Shown here: one piece after another, positions 21,843-33,030 of the stretch
How the letters are laid out: each line of letters opens with the position of its first letter
Position numbering within the stretch: position 1 is the first letter of the stretch
From: Lophium mytilinum
Lineage: Eukaryota
Assembly (NCBI GenBank): GCA_010093605.1
Contig: MU004196.1
Span: 1,572,606 to 1,613,766 of the forward strand
Length of the DNA stretch: 41,161 nucleotides
Direction of reading: 5' to 3'
Notes under the pieces: generated by a model
What the model saw: only the letters and a program-made list of their open reading frames with translations
Databases searched by the model: none
What the model was told of the DNA's origin: nothing
Made by a program: the position numbers and the translations under genes

Positions 21843-22647
21843 TCAAGCACTCCTTTCCGGCAGCAGCGCTTGATCCTCCTCTTCCAGCGTGTCATCGAAG
21901 TCATCCAGCTCTTTCTCGTCTGGCGTCTCCTCCACCGGCCCGGTGTACATCTGGGCTGTTTGTTGCTTACGCTCTTCCGTCTGTTTGGCGGCCCACTCCT
22001 TCCATTGCTCGTATGCCTTGTCCTCCAACTCCATGCCGACCTCCAATGGGCCCTTTCCAAAGTATGCACCAGTGGCAAGAGCCTCCTCTTTTGCGATGCG
22101 TCGCCCGACCTCTTCTAGATGGCGGTGGTGGTAGAATTCGCGGCGGGCTTGGTCGTAGGCGGCGGATTGGGTCTTGAATTCGTTCGTCATGAGCCAGAGC
22201 TGGCGCTGGACCACGCTAGGGAGTGTTAGCATATATTCACAAGAGAAGAATGGGAGCTGCGAATAATGCATACCTCTCGCCATCCAATTTCTTCCCCGGC
22301 TGGACTATCCTGGACCAATTCCACCGCTTTGCATCACACCCGCTGCCCTCCAGTATGACCTTCGGCCTCGCTAGCTCCCATGGGTGATCGCCGTAAAAGT
22401 CGTCCCGCAGTGCGTCCTCGGGGAACTCCAGGGCCATGGGCTTGAACATTTTGCTGGGCTTCCGGCCCTTAACCGACTTGTGCGAGCCCGACTGCATCAG
22501 CGGCCGTACGAAGGGCTGTGAGGGCGGTATGTCGCCGGTCACGTCGTACCATAGTGGGCGCCGGGCGATGCGGTTGTTTTCGAAGAGGAGGCGTGCTGTG
22601 TCGCGCACGCGGAGGGGCCGGAAATCCTGAAGGTGTCGGCGGCCCAT
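21843..22647 (-). CDS. RSM25: Mitochondrial small-subunit ribosomal protein mS23 (37S protein S25), ~248 aa; exons 22647-22274, 22215-21843
   Basis: FRPLRVR, FPEDALRDDFYGDHPWELARP, LDGESVVQRQLWLM (after splicing), AYDQARREFY, IAKEEALATGAYFG, GMELEDKAYEQWKEWA. Confidence 0.93.
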
Positions 22648-22800
22648 GGCGGGCACTAGGGTGGAAATGAGGCAGTCGGTGGTGTTGCTGCTCCGTAGCG
22701 GATGAGGGCACTCGGGGTCTGCGCGGTGGCAGTCAATTGGCAGCGGGTGATGGCAGTGGTGATGCTGGTGAAGCTGGAGGAGGAGAATGGCCGTGGTGTT

Positions 22801-23031
22801 GAGTTTCGCGATTGTGGCCCGTGCACCCAAATCTTGCACCGCATTCTGCCTCTTCTATACACCTTTCTGCCGCTGTTTGTGGTGCTTCAGTATATTTTGA
22901 GAGATACGAGTGACATGATTACTCTGAGCTTTGGGCTATCTAGAAACTTGTTGAAGGACTCCAAGCAGTGGTGAACAGGTGTACCTATGTACGAGCTTCG
23001 CGATTGCGGCCCGTGCACCAAAATCTTGCAC
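22801..23031. repeat. 39-bp direct repeat (22801-22839, 22993-23031) bracketing a 122-bp MITE-like core (22860-22981) in the RSM25/PPR divergent promoter
   Basis: GAGYTTCGCGATTGYGGCCCGTGCACCMAAATCTTGCAC occurs twice (36/39), period 192 bp. Core reads TA|CACCTTTCTGCC...GGTGAACAGGTG|TA. Confidence 0.9.
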
Positions 23032-23176
23032 GCCTCCCGATCCTCAACACCACCAAAGCTATCACGACCCCCCCGGCGCCATTGACGGCCTCACGCCTGT
23101 ATTATAGCTCTACCCGCCCCTCTCGCCCATGGATTCCGCGGCGCCGACCTCTCCCTGACACAATGCGCGGCGTCTC

Positions 23177-25021
23177 ATGTCCCTTTTCGGCGCCCTCGAC
23201 AGGTCGACCAGAAGCCCAGTTGTCGCTGCTATAGGGCCCCGATCTCTGCTGGCCCTGCTCTGTCCAGCTTTGCATTCTCCAGCTGCCCATATTCGCCCTC
23301 GTCGTCGAGCTCTACACACCGCGCGCCCCGTCGTCCTCCCATCCCCCGCCCAGATGGACAACCTCTTCATCCGGGCATTAGTGCAGGCCGGATCATGTCC
23401 CCAGCACGCGAGACGCCCCTCGACGTGTCGAGAACCCTCGCCTTTTTTATCCTCCCATCACAAGACGCGCCGGAGAAGCTGCCATTCTCTCCCCCAGACT
23501 CGAACCCTCTCTACCACCACGCCCGCCCGCAGCATTATACGCCACGCCGTCGACGTGACTAGAGAGGAGCTCAAATCTCTTGTCGATTTCTACAACTCCG
23601 AACTCGATCCCGAAGAGGTGGACGAGGAAACCATACGGGCCCAAGAGACTTGGGAAGAGGAGAAACAACACAGGCCCTGGAAGCCCGAAAGCAACGAGGA
23701 TGCCATGACGAAGGCTGCTTTGGAACAGCTACTAAAAAATGAGGAAAGCTCACATAGCAAAATATATGCTGTCTACCAGCTCCTACCCTACCCTCGAATA
23801 CCATTCCTCTCCCTCAAATCCATCCGCCGTCTCCTCCACGTCCTCTCCGTTGTCGAGCGCCACGACCACCCCTCGATGCAACGCTACCTCTCCATTCTCG
23901 ATGACATGAAGATCGCCAACATACCCGTCCAGCGCTCTGAGTGGACCAGCGCCATGGCCTTCGCTGGCCACGGCGTGCGCTCCGGCCCCATCTCCGATTC
24001 AGAGGTCCAGTCCATGCTATACATCTGGAAGGAAATGGAGTCAGACGCCGGTGTAAAAGGGAACAACGTTACCTTCAACGTCCTCTTCGACGTCGCCTTC
24101 AAAGCCGGCAAATACGACCTCGCCCAAGCCTTCCTCAAGGAGATAGCAAAGCGCAAACTCCGCGTCTCCCGCTACCTCCGCACCAGCTTGATCCACTACA
24201 ACGGCGTCCGCCAAAACGGTCCCGGCGTGCGCAAAGCCTACGCCGACCTCGTGGAAGCCGGCGAAATTGTTGACACCGTCGTCCTCAACTCTGTCGTCAA
24301 CGCCCTCTTCCGCGCCCGCGAGCCCTCGGCCGCTGAAGCCATCTTCCTCCGCATGAAAGCGATGCACGGCGCCAAAAAAGATGCCCCGCCCCCTCCTTAC
24401 AAGTGGCGCGACAGTCGCAGACTGGGCTTAGACCTCGACGCCGAAAGCCGCCGCCTCGAGCAGGCCCTCCGCCTAGCAGAAGCCGACAAAGACCGCATGC
24501 AAGAACTCTCGAGCCACCGCCAAGTCCTGCAAAACGCAGCCCCAATCGCCCCGGATACGACGACCTACGCCCTCGTCATCCGCTACCACGCCCAAACCGC
24601 CGGGAATATTGACCGCGTTGCTGAGCTCATCCGCGAGATGCAGGACGCGAACGTCCCGTTCGATGGGAATGTCTTCCTCCCTATCATCCGCGGCTTCTCG
24701 GAGTTCGGCGGCGTGCGCTACTCCAGCTGGACTGCGGATAAACTCGAGTTGTTCTATGAGGAGTTCGTCTCAGCGGTGGACCGCGGGGAGCAGAGTTACT
24801 ACATCGGGAGCTCGGCGGCGGTGCTGATATTGAAGGCGTTTGCGAAGACGGCGCCTGGGCGGACGCTGGTCGTGTGGGAAGAGCTAAGGCGGAGATGGGG
24901 ACCGGATGAGGGGGAGGTGGATACCATTTGGCGGCTGTTAAGGAGACTCGTACCTGCGGAGGTGGAGGAGAGTATGAAGGCCGCGAAAAAGACACATGCA
25001 GACGATGGCGGTGACGACTAA
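23177..25021 (+). CDS. Pentatricopeptide-repeat protein, probably mitochondrial, 614 aa
   Basis: Long intronless ORF with PPR motifs NNVTFNVLFDVAFKAG, DTVVLNSVVNALFRARE, PDTTTYALVIRYHA, and an Arg/Ser-rich N-terminus. Confidence 0.9.
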   Translation: MSLFGALDRSTRSPVVAAIGPRSLLALLCPALHSPAAHIRPRRRALHTARPVVLPSPAQMDNLFIRALVQAGSCPQHARRPSTCREPSPFLSSHHKTRRRSCHSLPQTRTLSTTTPARSIIRHAVDVTREELKSLVDFYNSELDPEEVDEETIRAQETWEEEKQHRPWKPESNEDAMTKAALEQLLKNEESSHSKIYAVYQLLPYPRIPFLSLKSIRRLLHVLSVVERHDHPSMQRYLSILDDMKIANIPVQRSEWTSAMAFAGHGVRSGPISDSEVQSMLYIWKEMESDAGVKGNNVTFNVLFDVAFKAGKYDLAQAFLKEIAKRKLRVSRYLRTSLIHYNGVRQNGPGVRKAYADLVEAGEIVDTVVLNSVVNALFRAREPSAAEAIFLRMKAMHGAKKDAPPPPYKWRDSRRLGLDLDAESRRLEQALRLAEADKDRMQELSSHRQVLQNAAPIAPDTTTYALVIRYHAQTAGNIDRVAELIREMQDANVPFDGNVFLPIIRGFSEFGGVRYSSWTADKLELFYEEFVSAVDRGEQSYYIGSSAAVLILKAFAKTAPGRTLVVWEELRRRWGPDEGEVDTIWRLLRRLVPAEVEESMKAAKKTHADDGGDD

Positions 25022-26754
25022 TAGGATGAGATGTAAGATCTATAGAGCTGCGGCTATGCGGTCTGTATATACTGTACATTTACGCTAGATCTTTTGCATC
25101 ATTGAAAGCCGCATAAGAGATGGAGGTTGTAGGATATGAATGTATGATTCCTGCATATACCCACATCTGACTCTCTTCCTTACCACCGAAACCTCCTCGA
25201 AGCACTCCACGCGCCACCAAACCCATACCACCAAGTTACTCTCCCCGTCCTGTGCCTGGCACGTCAGTCTAGCGCAAATTACTACCTCCGTTCCCATCTC
25301 TCCTGAATATATATGAACCCCTCTCTCCCCTCTTTTTCCAACTCCGCCAGAGCAGTTGCACGTCGTTTTGCTCCCGACTTCCCTCCATTCGTCATCTCTG
25401 CCTCTATTATTAAAGCTGCCAATACTCCTCATCCCGACATGACAGATCATCAGGGGCCAGTTTGATCCTTCGCCATGGTTGGTTTGCATATTTTGTATTG
25501 CAGGAAGGCGGAAGCACACTGCACGATGGTGCAGAAACTAGCGAGATCTCTGCCCGATGGAGGTAGTTGAGAACTGTGGGAAGCGCCGGTGAGGTGTGGT
25601 GGTGCTCATCAGCAGCAGCTCAACGATATGACAGTTAGAACCTCATCAAGCCTTTCGGTATCGGAATAGAGGTGGTGTGGATGATCGTGATATCCTCCGC
25701 TAGCCACGAGGGGATCTCGAAGACGCTTTGGAGCAAGCAACTCCGCATGATTCTCTTCTTCTCGTGTTTTCAGAGCTCGCTGGCGTTGGCTGTGTTGGTG
25801 GGCTCTTCGAGGGTGGCGCGGCGGAAGAGATACTTTTTCAAAGACGGTGTGGTGCAATTTTGCTGGGTCACCTGATCCCCTTCCAGCGTTCGACGGCTGA
25901 GGGCGTAGTCTTTCTAGGGGGAGAAGAGGTTCACGTGCGGCATGTGACTCTTACGTTCCTCCGCGTTTAAAAGACCGCTCTGAGAGACTTGAGCTCTGCA
26001 GAAGACACCTCCGAAGGTTTAACTCGACCACTAAAGATCGAGTACCTCATGGCGGGGATCAAATCCTTATCACCCTTCATCCCCCCCCTTCACCCTCCCT
26101 CCCCGATGTGGGGAAGGAGGAGTGGTATATTAATAGAGTGCTTTGACAACTGATGGAGAGTCTTGGTTGGAGATTCCAGTGGTGGAGGGGAAAAGGATTG
26201 AGTGCCACTGCATGTGGGGATAAGATTCGAGGAATGATCCCACTCACGAAGAGTCCGAACTGTGGAGATTGGGGTCTGGATTCGCGTGTCGGCGATGATC
26301 TGTAGCATAGTGGCATCGTGCCACTACCGCAGGTTTTCTAGGAGGGATGGAAAACAGTGCCGAGTTGCGGAGATTCTTCGTGGTGGAGGGGATTGGTGGC
26401 GATGAGTATCGTGTCGATGTAATGATATGGAGATAACCAGAGGACCACCGCCTCCACGCATGAAGCTTGACCGTGTTGTGGTCTTCAACAGCCGCAGCAT
26501 TCAAACGGGGTGTCTCAGGTTGATGCCACCATGACCCGCCGCCGATATTACCTATAGTCGCGTGGCCATGTTTGAAGAAGAAAGCCCAGCACACTGTCCA
26601 TAGATTAGAAATGGCACCGACCATCTCGAAAGTTTGCTGTTTCGCCTATGATCAGACATAGAATGTGGCTGCAATACTGTGGATGTCGTCTTGAAAGTTG
26701 TTATATGTACATTCGCCAGGTCTCTTGATTCTTCTTGAAACCCCGCCTCGAAGG

Positions 26755-27769
26755 CTACACGGAATCGTTGCGCCCTGGCGCAGATTGTCTGAACCATCGC
26801 TCCTCTTCAGCAAGGGCCATCTGAGCCCATTTCGTGGTGATGATGGCCCAGACCGCAGCCCAAACAAAGGGAATTCCCCACCCTAGGAACCGTTAGAACC
26901 CAATTTCAGAAATTCCATATGACACTCACCAATTCCATACGCAACTCCCTCATTGATGGCATACACGAGTATAGTCACAATCGTCGCCATCGCCAAGGCA
27001 CCGATGCTCCAAAAGAAGCTCAAACGAAGCAGCAAACGCCTGAACATCGGGCTGGCTTCATATCGTACATTCAGCGCCTCCCGGTAATCGACCCCGCCAC
27101 CACCATCAACAGCGACAACGTCCTCGATCAGATAATATACTGCCGGCCGGCAAACTGAGCCCCTAGCTGTCGATGAGAGGCGCACGGGAGAAGAATAGGT
27201 GCCCATGTGAAGCAACGTAACCAGCAGAAGCTGAGCGCCGACATAAAAGAGAAGGGATGACCCTGGCATTGCCATAAGGCGCACGTTTGGCCGCTCAGGC
27301 AGAGATCCGATTACGAGCTCTAGGGTTGAGACGACGAAGCCGCCGATGAAAGAGAGCTGGAAGAAGTCAAGGTAGCGGCGTGAACTACCGATGGGAGTCG
27401 CGGCCGTGTTCTTTTTCAGCAGTCGCCAGAGTCGTACAGCCCATCCCTGGATTGCGAAGATGCCTAGGATTACTTGGGTGATTGTGAAGACTGTGAGAAA
27501 TGAGCATTGGGGGTTGAAGGAAGAAAATTGAAGGCGGAGGATTTACCGGTATGGCGGTCGATGCTGGTGCCGAACCAAAGTCCGTAGAAGAGGACGATTT
27601 GAAGAACGCAGGCGACAGAGACTGTGATGCTCCAGTGGATTGCGATGGATTTCTTATGCTCGCGCAAGTTGTATGGTAGGGGAGGGGGCCCGGTCATGCA
27701 TTTATCGTCATTCGAGCTTTGGATAGACATAAGATCTTGATTGGAACCTTGAAGAGATATGAAAGACAT
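26755..27769 (-). CDS. Hypothetical multi-pass membrane protein, ~303 aa; exons 27769-27547, 27490-26930, 26882-26755
   Basis: Two canonical introns give a continuous frame with about 6 hydrophobic segments. Motifs PPPLPYNLR, RPAVYYLIEDVVAVDGGGG, YGIGWGIPFVW. Confidence 0.85.
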
Positions 27770-28589
27770 GGTGGCTAATTTGTAAGATATAACAAAGTGA
27801 TGATTCGATTGCACCGATTCTCTTCGTTTGTTTTATATATTTTGCTGCACTCCGATCCCACCGCTCGTTTGTAGAGCCACGGTTAAATAGTTGTCGATCT
27901 CCCATCTTTGCGTTGTAGATCCGGGGGCGGTGCAGAGTGTGTTCATAGTATGAACGTATAGCAGACGACGGAGCTTTCGTATCGTTGTCGTGTTCTGGCT
28001 GTGGACCGACTCTGCCGAGAGGAGTTTTGGAAGTGGGCGGAGCGGGATTGTCATGACGTGTAGTGGTAGGAAGCGAAAGTGGTAGCCTATGAATCAAACC
28101 TAATGCCGCAAGAAACAATATACACTTAGACTCTAGACCCAACTGCGAGCGAACAATTGGTAGTTCGAAAACTAGGTAGATATAAAGCTTCGGCCAGGTA
28201 CCATCACCTCCCGCCCAAGGCTGTCCGAGGCTAAGAGGATAATCATCCATCGCTGCTGAAGAAGCATTTTGCACTGCCACTTGGTTAGGGAGCCGCCAAG
28301 GCTACCACTGAACCAGGTTGCTTCAAAGTAGCCGCCAAGATCTGGGAAACATCCGCCGCGTTCCGTAACATCTATCACCCTTCATGGACCAACATCACCA
28401 CCATGTTTATGGCATGTAATATCTTCAAGGGCGGTGCCGTAGATGCAGCATAGCCCTAGAGACTTATTGCCCGCCCTAGACAGCATGATGCCCCTCATCA
28501 TCCTCCCTCCATCTCCATCTCTTCTAACCCTCTAATTGGTCAACACACACTCACCCTTTGCCGACACTACCGAGACTGCCGATTCTCAA

Positions 28590-31236
28590 ATGGAACACCA
28601 TGACAGTCCAGCCTCACAAGCTGACAATCGCCGCGTCGCCTCTGACGGCTATGTTGTGCCTCCTGCTTCCGATCTGCGGAAACGTGCAGCAGTCGCTTGC
28701 CAGACATGTCGCGACAGGAAGGTCAAATGCAATGTTACTGAATCAGGGATACCCTGTGTGAATTGCAGAAGGGACGGAATCCATTGCGATGTGAAGCGGC
28801 GGAAAAACAATCAGTGCGACAGCATATCTCTTTTGTTCTTCCTTTCGAATCACTCGCGGCTATTTCAATGTTGCTGATCAGCCAATAGAGCTCGCAGATC
28901 GCGGAGACAGGCATCACAAGATATCGGCGAAGCCGGCTTAACAGGCTTAGTCCGTAGTCTTGAAGGTACGGAAAGCCAGCTTGAGTTCGGAGCACGCAGA
29001 AATGGTAGTCTGCCTTCAGATCCTTCAATTTTATCGAATCTTTCAAACCCGTCAACATCCCCCGCGAAACTTGATCAAGCTTATGCCTACAACCCTTCAC
29101 CTCCTGGTATTCCTTCTTCGGGAACTGCTACTGTCAAAGAAAGTCAGCTGCGAGATCTCTACCCGTTTACATCGCCTGTATTTACAGACCATGATCCAAG
29201 TGTTCGATCGACGGCTATTGAAGTAGTGCTGAATGACAAGCCCTGGTCGGGAGCTGTGCCGTTTTTTGTTGGTAGGCCTTATTACCTCTAATCAAGCTTT
29301 GTGTGCCGACGCTTATTCATACAGGTGATGCTCAAGGTATAGGATATGTCCTGGATATCTTAGAGCCCGAACGCGCCAATCCTACTCCGGCCCAGCATTT
29401 CTTGATTCCTCAGTCGCTACCATCATTACTCGATCCGGACGATATCAACTACTTACGAGCGAAGGGGGTGTTCTCTTTGCCACCGTCAGAAGTCTGCGAT
29501 GAGCTCTTGCGATGCTATTTCCACCACATTCACCCAATCTTGCCTATCCTCGAAGCTGACCGCTTATTGAACGCCTACGTCGATGGCGGAGTGCAAAAGC
29601 TCAACCTCCTCTTGATATGGAGCATCTTCTCGGTAGCAGTCAACGTACGTGAGCCGAAAAACGCAAGGATAGCCTTTTGACGAGTCGCAGTACACCCGAG
29701 ACGAAGTATGCCAACGAGCTGGCTTCCAAACCCGCCGAGACATGAAGAGAGCAGCATTCTCTCGAGCCAAGGTGCGCACACGTGCCCCATCCTGCTGTTC
29801 AATCTCAATAAAAGCACTAAATATAATGGACATCTAGTGCATGTATGACAATGGTCGTGAGCAGGATAAAGTCGTGCTCGTCCAATCAACCTTACTCATG
29901 TCGTTCTGGTACTCGGACACGGAAGATCGCACCGAATCCTGGCACTGGATAGGCATCGCTATCAGCCTAGCACAAACGATGGGATTCCACCGAAATCCCG
30001 ATTCCCACCAGCGAAATAGCCGCCTCTCCGAGCGGCAGCGGCATCTATGGAGGCGGCTATGGTGGTGCTGCTTATACCGGGACCGATGGCAAAGCTTCGG
30101 TATGGGACGTCCTATGCGAATCGTGATCGAAGATTGCGACACGGCGTCGCCCTCAACAAATGACGTCCTCGTCGAAGCGGAAGGGCTCTCTGCTGCGGCG
30201 CGCAAGTTCATTCCCCACGACCTCGCACTTCTTACTAAATACTGGATGATTCTTCTAGAGCTTACTGCGACTTTGGGAATCATTTTGGCTGGACAGTGGC
30301 GTCGGCATACGCCATTGATCGACACCACGTCGGCGAATACCCTGGATAAGCAGCTTTCCACCGCCATGGGTTCACTCTCCAGCGGACTTATGACTCCGCA
30401 GTCGTCCTTTGCCTCCTTCTACGAAAACCTTCTACAGCTGCATCATTCGTGAGCTCAAACCATCTCCGAATCCATCCAAGTCCGTCTGACATCCGTAGGG
30501 CCGCTATCGTAGCATTACTTAGGCCGTACGACAGGGAAGGTGAACAACCGTGGGGTGCTTTTGGGAAAAGTGCGACGCAGAAGATCAGAGAGGCGGCGTC
30601 AAAAATAAACCTGACTCTCGACGCGATCTTCATTGCCGGCCTTACCAACTACATCGGTCCCATGGCGTAAACACACCCAGCAACGACGCAACTAACTGTA
30701 TGCTGACGCGTACATTCAGGATTCCCCTCATCGTCCCAGCCATGCACACGCACCTTCTCGACCTCCGCAGCCCCGAGAATCTTGTCCGACAGATGGCATC
30801 GAACAAGCTTGCCTTTTGTATGACGGTGATGGACGAACTCAAAGCGCTCTATCCAGCCGCGAGCTTCATTCACGACCTTTTCGGCCGAGCGAAGCTAAAT
30901 CTCGAAACCCAGCAATCGCCGTCTGAACTCCACGCGCAACGAATACGCATACCTTTCGGAGCTCGCATGTCTACCGAATTCGAGACGCCGCAGTCGACTT
31001 CGGTGACTACGGCTGGAGAGTTGCCGCTTTTGTTCAACGACTCTACGCTCTTTGATTTCTGGGACCCGAATTCTATATTCCCATATAGCTTCTCTGCGTA
31101 GGTTTGCCTGGGGTTTGGGTGATCGCAGCTAATTGGATTCAGGGCGACCGATGTGCATGCGGATGTGAACCGAGCAGTGGGATATAATGAGTTTGAGGAC
31201 ACTTTTTCGAGTATGTGGGCAAGTGGGCAAATGTGA
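28590..31236 (+). CDS. Zn(II)2Cys6 transcription factor with fungal-specific TF domain (CTF1/Far-like), about seven introns
   Basis: RAAVACQTCRDRKVKCNVTESGIPCVNCRRDGIHC, YLRAKGVFSLP, YFHHIHPILPIL, WHWIGIAISLAQTMGFHR, RRLWWCCLYRDRW. End is 31236 if intron 31098-31143 is spliced, otherwise 31101. Confidence 0.9.
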
Positions 31237-31364
31237 AGGTTCCGTCGATTGCACCGAAAGGCTTGAATGTAGCCCCGTGAACCTGCGATGGATACATGAG
31301 AAGAGAAGTCACTCAATAGTGATCTCTCGGCCCAGCCACGCTAGACCAAAAAAATGCGCACAAT

Positions 31365-31627
31365 CAGGCGGTCCATCCCCATCTGAGGTGCCCTAGAGAG
31401 CTTCTAGGCTTGCCAAAGCTGGTATTGATGCCGTACGGGTTTTTGGAGTGCCAATTCTACTACCGCTCATCTACCATACTGCTTTATGGCTGTTCTACTT
31501 ACTTGCACCGATATGCTACTGCTTAGAGTGCCTCAATAAGTTTCCCTATAGCGCAAAGCTAAGATTTTCTATCTTGTTCATAGTTCTCAAAATGTACTGA
31601 GGCACCACAGGCAGCGACAGGCAGGGA
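31365..31627. mobile_element. Two adjacent MITE-like family copies (degenerate ~31365-31480; clear 31506-31627)
   Basis: 31503-31619 aligns ungapped to the reverse complement of 21520-21636 (e.g. CAAAGCTAAGATTTTCT). The upstream copy has CATCTGAGGTGCCC..GCTTCTAGGCTTGCCAAAGCT. Confidence 0.75.
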
Positions 31628-31693
31628 GGAAAGACATGTCCAGCGTACCAGGTCCCCGAGTGCGGCTGTACTTTCGTAGAACGTTACTCGGGC

Positions 31694-32656
31694 TTGGGTC
31701 TCCTTCAGTATTGCTGCACTTCTGTGCTTCAACATCCTCGGATGGTGGCCATTGTACTTGGAATCCTTAGAATCTGCCGCGCCGCGATATATTGGCTTCT
31801 CAGGGGTGCTGAAGCGGTGCTAGTCAGGGAAAGGAGTGGCACTGGTGTTGATTGTCAACGCCGCGATGGGTTCGCACATGTAAGCCACTACCTAGGTTAC
31901 TTCACTGCACTTTAGGGAATCCAAACAGGATCAAGTATTGCTACACTTTCGGAGTATGGGCTGACTCTTGCTACTCCGTCTTCTATCACACTTGGAGCGG
32001 AAATGTCTTCAAAGGCGACCCGTCTTGGGAGCATTGCGGCGACCTTCACACAAAGCGCAGATACCTCCACGGTTGGGTTCAGGTCCGTGGGCACCGAAGC
32101 CCCATTGCAACCTACAGTCCTATCTCGAACTCAACTCGCCGCCGTCACAACGCTTCCATTTGCAATTGCCCCAAGAACGACCACAGCGTCTGCATCCTGC
32201 AACATCAGCGCAACCGACTACGCGGTGGCTAAACCCAATTTCCTCAGCGGACTCGATACTCGAAAGTCCGATACGATCACCCCCAATGGAATTCCAAAGA
32301 CCAATACCGTGGCCCCATCAGCTTCAGATAACGCAAACGGATTGTACGCAATCTCAGTTTTCAGTAGAGTCGACCTGTTGCTCGATGTGTCCTCGTGCAC
32401 AAGCTTTGCAGCGCATAATCGAGGAGCTCTTATTGGATGGGGGCCGTTTCGTCGATGCGTGGTAGGAGACGAAGCAAGCGGATGCTCCCAGGTGCTGGCG
32501 GGAGGTGAGGGTAGCTGTCAGGCAATAGCGGTGAGGGCTACGGCAGGCACGTGTTACCTCTTGTATAAAGCTTCAACTTCCTCAGACCTCTTCTCTCCTA
32601 TCATTATCATTCATTTAATACATCACGTACACGGCCTACAGCTCGTCGTTCCGTGA
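31694..32656 (+). pseudogene. Possible decayed Ser/Thr-rich gene
   Basis: ORFs 31694..31915 and 32003..32656 share a frame, split by one TAG (31913-31915) or a 36-nt GTAAGC..TAG intron. No recognisable domain. Confidence 0.25.
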
Positions 32657-32860
32657 CAGTTGGTAAGTGAGCAAGTTTCTCAAAAACCCGGAGATTTCTG
32701 TTCGCGGGTCCGTCACCCATCACCCACCTCCTTACTCCGAAGGCTTTGTTCAAGTGCAGCACTGCCTCCTCCGCACGCTTTGTCCGTACAGCAATATTGC
32801 ACGCGACTCTTCTCCGAATCCTCGTTCGTTCACTCGCCGCGGCCCTCTTCTACATCGACA

Positions 32861-33030
32861 CGGCGTCAAAAACCCGGATACCGTCCCCTCATTGGCTTCG
32901 TCAAACCCGGATGTCGTCAATTCTTGGTCGAACAACCCCTCTTTGTCGAACCGGCGTTAAAAACCTGGATACCGTCCCCTCATCGGCTTCGTTAAAAACT
33001 CGGATGTCGTCGATTCTCTGCAGAACACCC
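32861..33030. repeat. 91-bp-period tandem duplication
   Basis: CGGCGTYAAAAACCYGGATACCGTCCCCTCATYGGCTTCGTYAAA..CGGATGTCGTCRATTCT at 32861 and 32952. Confidence 0.9.

Noticed and set aside
21477..22974. Paralogous small peptides (ORFs 21477..21659 and the end of 22702..22974), or tandem duplication of RSM25
   Set aside because: The similarity comes from the dispersed palindromic element, and other copies have stops in that frame.
25085..26700. Short ORFs between the PPR and membrane-protein genes
   Set aside because: No coherent splice structure or recognisable domain, so left unannotated.
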